Source of the DNA: Lama glama | Lineage: Eukaryota | Assembly (NCBI GenBank): GCA_028534125.1 | Contig: CM052818.1 | Coordinates: 5,024,001-5,088,000, forward strand | Direction of reading: 5' to 3' | Length of the DNA stretch: 64,000 nucleotides | In this document: piece after piece, positions 49,001 to 62,590 of the stretch | Layout: each line of letters begins with the position of its first letter | Numbering within the stretch: position 1 is the first letter of the stretch | Translations under genes and position numbers: made by a program | Notes under the pieces: generated by a model | The model's input: only the letters and a program-made list of their open reading frames with translations | Told to the model about the DNA's origin: nothing | Database searches by the model: none

Positions 49001-51254
49001 AACACAAACAAAACAAGAAAATGAAAGCCTATGAAAATTAGTTAACTGTGTGAGGGAAATGGGAGTTAAGACCAGAGGAAGCTCCCGTGTGCTAAAGGGT
49101 CTGGAAGGATGGACAAGAACGCCTTGACTGTGGCAAGGTGCATGCTGGGAACAATGGAAAAATCAGGTTGGAAAGGAAGGTGGGATTCGGTCACTTGGAA
49201 GCCTTAAGAATCAATTAGAAGACTGTGATAAAGGGTTGCACATGGAGAAATAGGGAATTGTTTGTTGGTTCAAAAGTTTCAAAGCAGTAGAAGAAAATTA
49301 CAAAAAACTCAGGGATGAAAATAGTAGAAACAAAAAACAGTGGTCGATTGTTGCAAATTGGGACAAGTCCAATTTAATATATCAAATATAGCCTACAATT
49401 TTACATATAAAACTTGTAATATACATAATCCACTAGAATACTGGTGTGGTGCACTAAAATCAGGAACTTCCTGATAATTAACTCTTTTGTTCTAATTAGA
49501 AATATAAGTTCTACTCATCTATCTATTCAAGAACTATTCAAACAATTTTTTAAACTTACAGAGAATGAAGCTCACGGCAAAAAGATAATTAAATAAAAAT
49601 TCACCAGTTTATTGGATTTGCTGTATTTAACATTTGCTGTGACAATCTGGTGTACCTTTCTAATGAACTAAATGACTCTCTTTTAATTATATGTAATTCC
49701 ATGTTTTAACTATATTACCCAATGAACATCACAAAAGGAAGATTTCACTTTGTTGATTTGTTGCCCTCTTGAGAGTTGTCACAAATATCTTTGATGTTCA
49801 GAAAGTCTGCTGATTGGAAGCTCTGACAGGGCAAAAGGCTTCCAAATCTATCGCAATTTTATGGGATTGCTAAACCCTATGGGTAGAACCAAACTTGTAA
49901 CCTTGAATTTGTGACCAAGAATGTAGGACCTAATTTCCCAGCGTGTTTGACCTGAAAGAAGCTCTCACGATCTTGGGTTTGAGTTTAGTGCTGGGAGGAA
50001 CCATAGCTGTAAATGAACTTCCTCATTTTGGTTGGAATTACCTAGTGATTTTTAATAGCCATCAACAGTCAAACTCAATAGAGCCGTGCAGAACTAACCA
50101 CAGAGAGAGTGTTTGCTAATACCCAGGTTTCTTAGAAATCGCTTAGACACTGGCTTGATAGTTGCCATGAGTGAAAGGGTGTGGGGGTCCTTGTACCTAT
50201 TTTTGTGTATTTACTTACCAGAGTTTTAGCATAAGTCAGGGCAGTAGGGAGGAAGTAATAGTGTTTGTTATAGGTACCGAGTTCCCACAGTGATACACGG
50301 TAAAGTATTTAGAGTGGAATTGTTATAGTTTTTGTTTTTATTTTTTTGCCATCATTTTAAAGTAAGTTGTGGCCTATGAAATTCTCAGCAGCCTTCTGCC
50401 CGTGTCTTTACTCATTGAAAGAACGCCCACTGAACTTCTGTGAGATATAAGGTTCTGTCCTGGGCATATTGTACAAGGCACAGTCCTGGTCTCAGCATTT
50501 CAGGAAAAAAATGCATCAGAAATGCAAAGAGAATCCTGTAAATTGTGAAAAGATCAGACTGCAGATGTAATTGATGCTGGAGTTGGTATTTTTTTTTTCC
50601 TGCGTTTTTTAGCATTTTCAGTAAAGAATGTTCTAGAATGATTACTTATTACTTTGATAAGCAAAACAACAGAACAACAGCAGGAATAATAAAAGATTAA
50701 AAAAAAAGAGTCTGTCCTTGAGGGAGGAGGTGAAAGAACAGAGCAAGGGCTTGAAAAAAGCTTGAAGGATGACTGAAGACAGGGTTGCAAGGAAGGGTTT
50801 TGTATTCGCTGGTCGGGGCAATGAGGAGAGACGATATGGGAAGAAATCTCAGGGCAAAGTTTATATGATATATATGTATTATATCTACATATCATACATC
50901 TAAATGCATTATCTCTTTGGTGACATTTTAAGGTTCTTGAGGGTGGATGGCACATATCACATCTGTTTTTCTCCCAATAACCTTAACACAACACTTTATA
51001 CACATAATTAGCGCTCAATAATAATCTTTGCACCTACTTATGTAACACTTGCTATGCACCAGGTGCTGCCCTGAGTACTTATTTTTTTTCCCCCTTTCTT
51101 GCAGGATTTTCTCACTTACTGCATGAATTTGAACCCAAGGCACAGGTTCCTGGTTGTATGTAAATATATGTCCATTTTTTACAGTTGGTTTTTGCTTCTT
51201 CCATCTCTTAATTCTTTTGGACAGGAATGAAAGAATGTTCAAACTCTTTACTGT

Positions 51255-51640
51255 TCAATGCCCTAAGCACTTTATACGTATTTAACTTATTTATTTCTCA
51301 CAGTCCCCTACAAGGTAAGCAGTATTATTCCTATTTGGCAGACAAGAGAATGAAGGCGCTAGATTTGCACTGTCTAATATAGTAGCCACGAACCATGTGT
51401 GGTGACTTCAGTTTAAATTAATCAAAATACAGCAATTAAAAATTTTATTCTTTACTTATTCTTAACTATTGAAGTGACCAATAGTCACATGTGGCTACGG
51501 ACTACTGTACTGGACAGCACAGATTATAGAACATTCCAGTCATCAAAAGTGGTGGCCTATCTGGTTAGATGACTTTCCTGAGGTCACACAGTTAGTTAGT
51601 GTCAGAGTCAACAGTTTGAACCCAGTCAACCTGGTTCCAT
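51255..51640 (-). mobile_element. MIR interrupted by MER3
   Basis: MIR text '...cagacaagagaatgaaggcgctaga' resumes as 'ttagatgactttcctgaggtcacacagttagt'. Confidence 0.75.
51364..51560. mobile_element. MER3 hAT-Charlie MITE
   Basis: 'gcactgtctaatatagtagccac...caatagtcacatgtggctac...tggacagcacagattatagaacattcca'. Confidence 0.8.
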
Positions 51641-51959
51641 GTTGACATGCTGCAAAGATTCTGCGTGAGGGCAGGTGTGCGAGCAGACACACACGCCCAC
51701 ACACACTCAGACACATATGCTCCCTGAAGGATGAAAAGCAAAAGGACTTGAGTAAGATGGACTTGAAAGCAGATTTTTTCACTGCCAGATGGAGGTGCAG
51801 TAAAGGGAAAACTGCTCTCCCTAATCTCACGCCACCTATTTTAGGTAGAAAAGCAAGAAGATCTAAAGAAAGGCCCTCATCTCGGTACACAAATAAAGTC
51901 AAGGCTGGGTCCTAGTGCTCTGTCATCAGACCCACAAATGGGTAACTTTTGGTTTATCC

Positions 51960-52130
51960 AGAGTAGAGTTTCTTAATTTGGGGTTGAGCTTCTGGGGACT
52001 ATGAAAAACGTCCACTGAAATATAAAGGCCAGTATATTTGTATCCATGTTTGTCTTTGGAGAGAATCCATAGCTTTTATCAGATTCTCAAAGGAATGTGT
52101 GACTGCAAAAAGCTTAAGAACATCGATCTG
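51960..52130. mobile_element. MER103-like hAT-Charlie fragment
   Basis: 'tggagagaatccatagcttttatcagattctcaaaggaatgtgtgactgcaaaaagcttaagaac'. Confidence 0.7.
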
Positions 52131-52239
52131 GGTAATAAATCAATTACATCATTAGTCTAGAATTTGAACCTGAGTCTTACTTTTAAAATCTGAGTTATTA
52201 AAGAACTGTCATTCATTTTTGATGTTTATGTAAAGTGAT

Positions 52240-52830
52240 GTCAACTTTTTAGAGATGGTATGTCAGAATCTATCAGAATTTAAGTATATATTCTTTGACT
52301 CAGAGATTCCTCTTGTATCTGTCCTACCGAGATATCTGATCATTTGCATAAAAATATATGTAGAAGAGCCCACTGTAGCCTTGTATCGAAAAGAAAAAAA
52401 ATGGGAAATAACCTTAATGTTTATGAATAGAATGATTAGTGAAGTAAGAGAAGGAATAGCAATGTATGGAATATTATGAAATTGTTAAAAGAGATAAAAT
52501 AGGTCTGTTGTACTATATGTAAAGATTTTTAAACATGTTGATAAATGAAAGAAAAATTGAAAAAAAAAGTACAGTTCTAAAAAGCTTAAAAGTCATATGT
52601 ATTTGTAATCATAAACGTATCAAAATCATCTTGGACCATCAGTCTAAATTCTTAACAACAAATGAGATAGGGGTGATCCTGGAAGCTGGGAGACAGCAGA
52701 TGGAGGAGGAACTTTAACTTTTAAAAACTTTTTTTGACTCCTGTACTGGTTGTGTTTTTACAACCAAAATGCAATTTACCTACTGCTTATATAGTTAAAA
52801 AACTAAAAATGCAAATAAAATTTGTACTAG
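52240..52830 (+). mobile_element. Ancient L1ME 3' fragment
   Basis: 'ctttgactcagagattcctcttgtatctgtcctaccgagata...' degenerate L1 ORF2 end and 3'UTR. Confidence 0.55.
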
Positions 52831-53089
52831 ACTGAAACATAGATCTTTAATTTACCAGGCAAATTGATCCTTCTTTTCTGTAACCTGGATTCCCCATTTT
52901 TCTAGGAATGATTAAGAGTCATGTACATTTTTGATGTCAAATCATGAAGTATATACAGACCATCAAATTCTCTTCGTAAAGTAGTGCTGTGACCAATAGG
53001 CATCTTTGGATGGCTGTTTCTCTGTAGATCTTCAGTCTCGCAAGTGGTACCTAAATAGCCCCAATGGTGATGATGATGGAGATGATGAC

Positions 53090-53340
53090 AGTGATGTTAT
53101 AGGCAACAATGACTGAACTCTATTTATGTCCCAGATACCTGTCTAGGTGCTTTATAGTAGTAACTCATTTAATTCTCACAACCACTCTATGAGGTAGGCA
53201 CTACTTTTACTCCCATGTTATAAATGAGGAAACTGAAGCACAGAGAGGCTAAGTAGTTTAGCAAGCCCACATGGCCCAGAAGGAGGGGATCTGGGATACA
53301 TGTGGTCTGGCAATTCCAGAGTACACATGTCTCACCATGA
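53090..53340 (-). mobile_element. MIR SINE
   Basis: 'aactcatttaattctcacaaccactctatgaggtagg...atgaggaaactgaagcacagagaggctaagta'. Confidence 0.9.
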
Positions 53341-53439
53341 CGCCCTTTCCAGCCTCATCTTTCACTCACCTCCATCCTTCCACCACCCCGATGCACACTG
53401 ACTCGGCCACACTTCAGCATTTGCCAGTATCCCCCATGT

Positions 53440-53790
53440 GTCTGAGGAACATTGGCTTTTAAATAATCCTGGGACACACAGCTTAGAGATGCCTGGAACA
53501 CAGTGGGGCTGCAGCGTGGGTCCTTATCCACATCATTTCCTTTCATTTTCATATCCTTTCAGGGCTCATACCAAATGCCATTTCTTCTATGAAGGATTTC
53601 TTGCTTTTCTCAGCCTGAATTCCTTCCTCTGGCTCTGTTCCCAAAGCCCCTCTTTGTCACTTCTCTTGTAGCTTACATACCACATTCTGTCTGTTACAAG
53701 CTTCATTGCTTTTCATGTCTTTCTCCCCTACTGGATTCTAAGGTCTCTGAAAGCAAGGGTCAACTCTTGTCCATCCTCTACAGTGTATTG
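53440..53790 (+). mobile_element. L2 fragment
   Basis: 'catatcctttcagggctca...aaatgccatttcttctatgaag...tctcccctactggattctaaggtctctgaaagcaagg'. Confidence 0.6.
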
Positions 53791-54019
53791 CCTTGGTAAC
53801 ATCTTTTTAAATTATTTGAATTTGCAAAATTGTCAAAAAGCATATTTAATATTTGGATCATTAGAGTCAAACCACTAACTTAGAAGTTTTCTGAGCAGAG
53901 TTTGTGTATATATAAGAACTTAGAATCCCTATTTTAAGAAATAAATGTATTCAAAAATTATCAGCAAAATTGAGTTTCGTGTGTTGCATATTTGGATAAC
54001 AATAATAAATAACAATGCT

Positions 54020-54260
54020 AACATAATAAGTGTAATAGACGACATTTATGAAGTAGCACTTACGATGTGCCGGTACTTTAAATATTTTGTTGGTATTTGA
54101 ACACATTTGCAGTTGACACTATTCACTCTCCTTTTTATGGGAAAAGCTCAGGCTTGTGTAGGTTAGAGTATGTTGTCCAGGCTCACAGTGGTAGTCAGAG
54201 TCCGAGTCAGGACCGGAAGTCCAGTTGGCCTGATTCCAGAGTCCAGCTCCTTGCTCCTAA
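54020..54260 (-). mobile_element. MIR SINE (degenerate)
   Basis: 'agcacttacgatgtgccgg...ggaaaagctcaggcttgtgtaggtta...gtccagttggcctgattccagagtcca'. Confidence 0.6.
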
Positions 54261-55779
54261 TGCTGATTTTCAACACTGTGCAAGGAAGCATCTGGGAGGC
54301 AGAATTTTGGGGTGGGATCCCTACCGGGCTGGACTTCAGGTAACCAGGCTTCCGGTCCTGGAAGTCCTGTCGGATCGTCCTTCAGCATCTCTAGATCTCA
54401 TTTCTCCAATGTGCTGAGTTGGGTTTGAGGGGTAGATTTATAAATACTCAAGGTCCCCTCCAGCTTCAGTTGACGATTCTCAGAAGAAGCAAAGCCTCTT
54501 TGACGTTCACCAAGCGTTACAGATGGCATGTGTCAGGAGCTGTGAAAATTTTATTTAATCCACTGTGTTTATTTTCTTCAACATAAAGGTGAAATATTTT
54601 TACATTTTCCCAATGCATTTCTCAGTAATAACATAGCCAGTAAAAATATTTTTGTTCATGTAGAGCAGTGCTATTATATCTTAGCCAAAGAAAAAGCACG
54701 CTATTATATACTGGTGGAGGGGGAAAAAAAGCCTCATTTGTTATCAAGAAGGAGCGGAAATATAGCAATTATTATACTGCCCTTTCCCTAATTTGACTTA
54801 AATTAGTGACTTCAAGTTATCAGAGGTTATGAAATATACAGAATGTGCACATAGTAGACAAAAATATTGCTTGCTAGTACCTAGGTTTATGACATTAATC
54901 TATCTCTCAATGATCTAATATAAAATAAACCATTTGAAAGCAATTTCATTGAAATACTTTCAGAAATGTTGAAATGAAAATATTAATCTTTCGGAAGTGT
55001 CATGTTGGATGGGTTTTTTTTTTTTTTTTGAATCCCAGGAAGATGGGTTGGGGAAGCTGAGAATAAAGAAACAGCCAAGAAGACGCAAAACCAAGAGGTG
55101 AAAGTGTCAGCGGCGGACCAATAGTGCAGCTTCCATCTTCTCTTCCTCCTTTCTTCCCTTCCTCTCTTTTCCCTGCTCTCTCTCCTTCCTTTCTTCCTTA
55201 CTCCCCTCCTTCTGCAAATATCATTATGATCTCACCATAAGCAAGATAGTGTGCCAGCCACAGACAGACAGACGTGAGACCAAGCAAGACCCAATTCCAC
55301 AGGAGTCTGGGCATGAGGGATGTTCCATAAGGTGGCTCAGTTTCCTTGGAGGGGGTCCGAGTGCGATGACAGGTGAAGGGTCATAGCTTGGTCCTCTAGT
55401 GGACACTCGCTTTGAGCTGGTGCCTGTTCGACAGGTCCTTCTTATTTTTTTTCCTGTCTTTTGTGCAGTTCCATTCCTGCACATTAGCTTACTTTCTTAC
55501 TTAGCGTCCTTCCGCCTTAATCACAAACAAACAAATAAATAAATAGGTAGGTAAATGACAGACAAGCTAATTTCAGTCTTTTAAGACCATTGGAATATGT
55601 TAAATGTATGTAATTGAAGAACATTGTCGAAAAATATAACGGGCTGGGAGTTGTACGCACTTCTCTCTCTCTGATACACCCCATGTATTTCCTGCCTACC
55701 TATGTGTTCCTTAGGACAGTTCTACCACAAATAAGATTAAAACTCTTCAATGACGTACCATCAAGTCACCCAAAATAAA

Positions 55780-56080
55780 GTCCACTTTGCTCTCTGTGAT
55801 CCAGGATGATCTGACCTTCCTCTGCCTCTGCTTTATCTTGTCACTTTTCTGGACCTTGAATGTCCCACGGTCTTTTCCAATTCACCTTCTCAAACCACAG
55901 TGTGGGTTTCCTGTGTGGCCATTCTATTACGGTCTTCTCTGGCTTGTTTGTGTCTGCCTACTTGTTTCTTGTCTGTCTTCTCCACAATGGGAACTCCATG
56001 AAGGACTTTGTCTCTCTTGTCTGCTATTCCCCCCACAGGCGCCTGGTTCATATTTGCTGAGTAAATGAATGAAGGAACAA
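55780..56080 (+). mobile_element. L2 3' end
   Basis: 'aatgggaactccatgaaggactttgtctctcttg...atatttgctgagtaaatgaatgaa'. Confidence 0.7.
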
Positions 56081-56139
56081 ATCAATGTGCATTCTCATTC
56101 GAAACAGAGAAAAACAGAATGGCTTGTCTTTTAGAAGAT

Positions 56140-56350
56140 GGCTCAAGTGTTAAGGGTACAAATTTGAGATGACAAATCTGAGTTTAAATCCCAGCTTTAT
56201 TAAAACTATATGACCTTGGAGAAAGTTACTTAACCTCTCTGTGTGTCACTTTCTAAAGGAAGGCAATACTCGTATCCATCTCAGGGTTTGTTGTGATTAA
56301 TAAACAAAGTAACGCATCTAAAGTACTTTGATCAGTAAATGCTAAAGAAT
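56140..56350 (+). mobile_element. MIR SINE
   Basis: 'tgagtttaaatcccagct...tgaccttggagaaagttacttaacctctctgtg'. Confidence 0.85.
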
Positions 56351-57469
56351 GGTCAGGAAGTCTCATATTCAAGAAATTCATCAACCACTAGGATTTTAAT
56401 GACAAGGAATTTTTGGAGGCAGGGTGTCTTATTGCTCTTTGTTTGATCCAGTGGCTGGACCTGTGAGCTAGTAGCCACAGTTGGGAGCTGAGAGGACCAC
56501 AGTGCTCCCTCATACAGGGTGGCTGGGCACACTGAAATACACATGACCCTCTTCCAGCTTTACCGATAGAAATAAGCGAAGACAGTTCACACACATGCGC
56601 AGTGTGGAGCTGGCTGTCACTGACAGTATTTCACTAACAGTTCAGAGGAAAACAATGGTGAGATAAGTCAGCTAATGCCTGCCCAGCTGCAGCTCTACAG
56701 CATCAGGGTTTGCTAGGTAGAAATGACAAGACAGTGACATTTTTTCGACTCTACCCTGGAATGTGACTCGGAATCAAGGACTGTAATGGGCTGAAAGTGA
56801 TCTGTCAGTTCATCTTTGCAGATAGATGAGCAGCCCCTCGTTTCCTTGGAAACTCGGACCTGAGCATATGTAGCTCAGAATGCAAGCCCTCGTGTTTTCC
56901 ATCGAGCAGATACAGAATGAGTTTCTCAACAAGAGATTTAATATGTTGCATTAAACAGAAGAACCAGTAGGAGAGAATTGCCGTCTTAGAATCATATACT
57001 ACAGACATGGCTGGCTCTCACAAGATGCCAAAATTCCAAATAAGTGAGACAAGCACTCTCCTTATTTGGCCCTTTCTGAGTTAGCAATTTCCTTCATCTG
57101 CATCGTGTATTTTTTTTTTTCTTCTTGAATCACAAAGGTGAATACACTTCTTCAGATATCCATTTGAATACATTTAGAATGTGTAATATTTGCATCACTT
57201 ACTCTTTGGGGATCTTCATGGGCTAAAAGCAAACAGTAAGCCTCTATCTCTGCCTAGTAGCACGGAGAGAACGAGATAGATGAATCCTGGCCCTAGAATA
57301 TTGATGACATCCATGAGGTAATGTTAGCCTTTTTAAAGGAAGTCTTAACTATGGGATGATCTTTAGTTCCTAAGATGCTCCCGGTGTGACTCTAGCTTAT
57401 GTCTGGGACTTCAGAATGCTCTGGCACTTGATGCTTGTCCACGGAATGTTACCTGCTACTGCTATTAAG

Positions 57470-57670
57470 AGCTCCTTTTGAGTCAGGCCCCGTGCTGGAC
57501 CCTCTGTAGATCTCCTTCCAAATCCTCCTGTTTTCCTAACTGTAAATGCGGACATGGTTGCTCTGAGAAGTTAAAGTAACTTGCCTTGTGGCCACACCAT
57601 TTTTAAGTGGTGAGACTAGAAGTTGAACCCAGGTCTCTCTGAATTCAAATCCTGTGCCTGTTACCATAGA
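57470..57670 (-). mobile_element. MIR SINE
   Basis: 'gagaagttaaagtaacttgccttgtggccacac...agtggtgagactagaagttgaacccaggtct'. Confidence 0.75.
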
Positions 57671-58242
57671 CCTACTTTATCTACTACGATAAAGCAGAGG
57701 AGAAGGGTGGCGTGCTCTATTTAACCAGTTTTCTGGTTAATAACATCTTACAGATATCATTTACAACCAGATCAAATATTAGAACAGGGCCACTGAGTGG
57801 CAAGGAAATAGATAGTAACTCAGTGTAGGGGAAGAAAATTAATTTTGTAGGAGTAAGAGTCAGAGCTGCCACAAAATAGTATGGGCATCATGTAAAGTCT
57901 TCTGCCCCCTTTCACGGGGTCTGTAATTAGAAACACCACGTATAAAGCAGAGAGTGGAGAAGGTTTCTGCTTTTTTGTGAAAGATGATTCTGAAGCTCCC
58001 TAACAATTTGGAGACTATGGATCTAGACCACAGAGACCCACAGTGAGTGAGTTTTAATCTTTACGGATTCAGACGGTACTTCAAGGCTTTGCAGTCTTTC
58101 ATGACATCACTGTGACCATCAATCATGAGTCCTGAGATGAGAGGAAATATCATATTGCTGGCTGAAAGAAGATCATCCAAGTCAAACTTGTTTATTTTTA
58201 ATTTTTTTAAGCTATTGCCAGGAACCAAAGTTCCTTCTAGAT

Positions 58243-58397
58243 TAGGAGTCTGCAAACTTCCTCTTAAAGAGCCAGTTAGTAAATATTTAGGCTTTATGAG
58301 CCACAACTACTTGACTCCCCATATAGGGTGAAACTGACCACAGGCAATATGTAAATGAATGGGCATGGTTATATAGATCTATAATTTTCCAACCCCC
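58243..58397. mobile_element. MER58A-like MITE (internally deleted)
   Basis: 'aggagtctgcaaactt...agccagttagtaaatatttaggcttt...caatatgtaaatgaatgggcatgg'. Confidence 0.75.
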
Positions 58398-59309
58398 ACC
58401 CTAGATTAAACATCCCCAAACTGTCCTACATATTTCCTTACCTAGTGGCTATACAAAAAGCCAGGGCCCCCACCCCAAACTTAACCACAATGGTTTAAGA
58501 TCATCTAAGAATCTTTCTTGATTTATGTGAGAGATCGTGCAATCAAAGGTAATGCAATGTCAGCTAGTTTCTTAGAAAACGAGAGCCAGTAGAATAAGTG
58601 TATTTGGAAGTGATTTCCAACATGCAAAAGAAATACTTGGAAAGAAGAATAAAGTTCTCAGAGCAGCCTCTGGGAAATCAACTGGTACCATCAATTACTC
58701 TAAAATAATCTCCAAGGGTTTAGCTGACACGTAGCCAATGTTCAGTGTGATGACTGTGGCCAAAAATTATTTGTGAAAGTAACTACAGATGAATTTAGAG
58801 GAAATGGTAATTTTTCCTTTTAGTTATTTAAGTGATAAGAAATCCATCAAAATAATGACAAATGTTACAAGCTGCCTTTGCTCCATGTAAATGATGTTCA
58901 AATAACACAGTGCCTGAGCACCTCTGCCTAATTACCTAGGCACTCCAGTGACAGATGGTTTAGAAATATTGAAGCAGCTATTGATGAAGCACATGGAAAA
59001 TGTGGATATTCTTCAAACTTCTGACAGCAGAGATGGACACTGAAGTCCTTGGTTTAAATGGAGAGCGCACTACTTCTTTCAATTGCTGGAAGCTTCCTCT
59101 GGATTCAGCTCATTTCAAGACCATTGAGCATGGGTGAGAATCAGCTGGGGTCTTTCTGTGGGACATCATTCTTCCCCCTGATTTAGAATATTGTAAACCG
59201 CTTTTTTTTTTCCTTTTTAAAGTAAGAAAACTCGCATGTGATTTAAAGATACCTAATGTAGGAAGAGGGCAGGCTCAAAACACCCAGGCAATTCTGCAGA
59301 GAGGAAGTT

Positions 59310-59500
59310 TTGGGGGTGGACACGTCTCTGGAGCTTCTACTTATGAATTGTAAAAACCTGGATTTAGTCCCCTGACCTCTCAGCCTCATTTATCTTCAAG
59401 TTTAAAATGAGGTCAACAATATGTAGCCCATTGTGAGGATACAACCTATGAGGAAGCATTCTATTGTATAAAATAAATATGATTGCTATTTATATTATTA
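59310..59500 (+). mobile_element. MIR fragment
   Basis: 'gacctctcagcctcatttatcttcaagtttaaaatgagg...ttgtgaggat'. Confidence 0.5.
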
Positions 59501-60399
59501 AGTGACATTAAAAACATTATCTGTCTATATTATATATTTTGTATGGCATAGATGGAGGTGATAGATACGTCTATATTAAGAATACGTAGACAAAACAAAA
59601 ATTAATTCAATGAAAAATTAGTCAGCCGCCTTCTTCCTTAAAAAAAAAATCTGCTCTGAGTAAAAATAATTAATGGAATAGCCAGGTGTCACGAGAACCA
59701 CAATTTCATATTAATAAGGCTCCCACTCCTTGGAATTTCTCTGACTGTGGCTCCCTTTGGAAATCTTACGGAGAAATTGGTGATTACTTCCTGGACTGAG
59801 TGCATGAGGGCTTTGCCTCCAGAGGGAGTTACTGGCTTGGTCCTCGGCTATTCATTTTTGTGACTACTTTGAAAAATGTTTACCCCCGAGTAGTTAAGTT
59901 TGTGATTCTACTGGTTCAAAATTCCTTGTGTCTTCTTCCTAATGAGAGAAAAGCCAAGTTGAACAGATTCGGGTGGGTGAGGCTCTGAATAAATCCCTTT
60001 TTATTTATTTTTTTTTTCTGTCAATCATTCTGAGTCATTCAGATCACAATGTTCTACCTGAAAGCTTGTTATTTCATAACTAAGACTACCAAAGTTAGTT
60101 AACAAAGTAGGAAAAAAATAAAATAGATTTTACATATATATATGAATCCTACGTGATACGATATTATAACATATACAAATATTGCATAAGAATTAGATGG
60201 TTTATCTTAGCCTGAAAGAAAAACTCCAACATATTACTACTTAAATATGAATTCCTCCACGAACTTGTCTTCTTTTACAGTCTGCCTCTGAACTACCCAT
60301 AGATTTTTGTTTCATATTCCTACTTAAGCTCAACTCTTCAGTAACTATAGATCCTGTAGTTTATTTTAGAATAAACTATGTTTTCTCCTATTGTTGGTT

Positions 60400-60630
60400 T
60401 TATATTAGAAAGAGAGCTAATGCACATGATATACTGTGTTAAATGCTTTGTTTAAATTTTTCTCATCTGTATAACAACACTTTGGGGAGTAGATATTATT
60501 GTTGTTATTTTAAAGAGAATAAAATAAATATTAGAGAGTAAAATTGGTTAAGGACATACATTTAAATAATGGTATAGCCAGTATTCAAACCTAAGGCAGT
60601 CTGATATGAAAACTCAAATTCTAATGTACT
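60400..60630 (-). mobile_element. MIR SINE (degenerate)
   Basis: 'taacaacactttggggagtagatattatt...aatggtatagccagtattcaaacctaaggcagtctga'. Confidence 0.6.
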
Positions 60631-60689
60631 GTCATAAGCGCTGGCTTGAATTTGTGAATTTAGAAATTACAGACGAGACTTAAGCCTTG

Positions 60690-60890
60690 ATATTCATACA
60701 TGTTATATATAAATATTGTGTATGTGTATTATATTATATATTACATATTACTATGTATTATTATATGTAGCATATAATATGGTATGTATCCATGTCACAT
60801 TGTATATATGTATAGATGTGTGTTTAATTTATACCTATCTATGTATTATATGCATACACACATACATATATATTTCATGGACACATAAAT
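60690..60890. repeat. TA/TG-rich low-complexity tract
   Basis: Directly visible. Confidence 0.8.
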
Positions 60891-61924
60891 AAAATCTCCC
60901 AGCACGCTGCAAATACAGCATAGAATTTACGTGGTCACTTACACGTTTTCCACATTTTTACAAAGGAATCTGCAGTGAAAGCTATTAAATAGAATGCAAT
61001 TCGTAAGCCTTTCATTAAATAATGGTTCTCAGCTGGATTTCTGAAAAGGGAATATTAATGTAACCATATGTAAGAAAGAAATTAGTGTTGCTGATTTAGT
61101 CTTGAATCAATCATTTTAAGCTGTGCATTAGACTCTTGGCTGATAGACTTCTGTCTCAGAAAACAGCACACATTGTGGGCTGAGTGCAGTCACGTTCAGA
61201 GTATAATTCTTGCGAAATACCACTCTCATTTCTAGTTTCTTGGGTTTGGTAGGGAATGATCAAATCCATACACAGAAAGTCAAAATCCTGCCACTCAAAG
61301 CCCAGTGGCTAATTACCGATCTCTGTCGTGGACCATCTTGGGCAGAAGCTTAGACGACAAGACGAGTTTCCCATGCCGACCCACAGCTAGGCTTCTGGAC
61401 GTGGGAGCTGGAATGAGTTGGGATGTGGGGGTGGCTGCTCTGTATGACAGTCCCTAAAGTTCTAATCTGGTTGTAAAGGTTTGAAAACGCTTTGAGGCAT
61501 TTTGGGGTTTTCGTGAAACTGTCATCAGGCAAGTTCTCTAGCAGTTTCTCCAAGTTTGAGGCACTAAATTATGCTGTTGTCCATTCTTATTTCATTGGTC
61601 ACAAGAAGCTGTTTTAATAACACAGATTAAGTGATCACCCAGTGACAATCAGAGTTTTAGCTAGGAGAGATCAGGAGAAGAGAAGCAGCTGCAGAATTCT
61701 AAACAGAACTGGATAAGACATGTCTCCTGGGGGAGAAAATGTGCTGAGAAACTTTGCTTGGGGAGGAATAGAGATTTATGGCCACTGTAATCTGAAATGT
61801 TCCCTTTAGGCAGAACCCTGTGGAACCTACACCATGATCGCATTTCATTGTTATTTATCTTAATTTTCTTTTATTCTGTAATAGCTCCCCTCCCCTGCTT
61901 TTTTTTCACGGGTGATTCTTCTGT

Positions 61925-62222
61925 TTGTTTTTTTTTTTTTGTATATATATTTATATATTTTTCAACTGAGGTATAGTCAGTTACGATGTTGTGTCAATTT
62001 CTGGTGTACAGCAGAATGCTTCAGTCACACATGAACATACATATATTCGTTTTCATATTCTTTTTTGCCATAAGTTACTGCAAGATATTAAATATAGTTC
62101 CCTGTGCTATATAATATGAACTTGCTGTTTATCTGTTATATATGTAAAAAAGTATCTGCAGATCTCGAACCCCCAATTTATCCCTTCCCACCCCATTTCC
62201 CCTTGGTAACCATAAGTTGTTT
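61925..62222 (-). mobile_element. Camelid-type L1 3' end
   Basis: T-tail then 'actgaggtatagtcagttacgatgttgtgtcaatttctggtgtacagc...ggtaaccataagtt'. Confidence 0.9.
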
Positions 62223-62264
62223 TGAGTAACCAGTTTTGTTTTGTTTTGTTTTGTTTTGTTGTTA

Positions 62265-62590
62265 ATTCTGAGGAATAGATTTGGTTGATTGCTTCTTCAT
62301 GGTGTCATCTAACTGTTTATTCTATTACCTGTATTTTCTGTGCACTACTGAGAACCAGACGTCAGATTAGATTATGATTCAAATTTGTGGTCAAAAGGAA
62401 TTCACAGGCATTGCCGTGTCTTTCGCGTGACATCATATCCGTAATCACATCATCTCTAGTTGACCAGTCGGCGCTACCCAGGTAGTATCAGCCTGACCTG
62501 TCCGTTATAACATTTCCCATTAACCTTTTACTAAAAGACTTTAGCTGCAATGGATGGAGGAGACTTTGATCCATTATTTCATCATGGGGC
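62265..62590 (-). mobile_element. L1MC-type ancient fragment
   Basis: 'gattgcttcttcatggtgtcatctaactg...cctgtattttctg...tcagcctga...ccattatttcatcatgggg'. Confidence 0.55.
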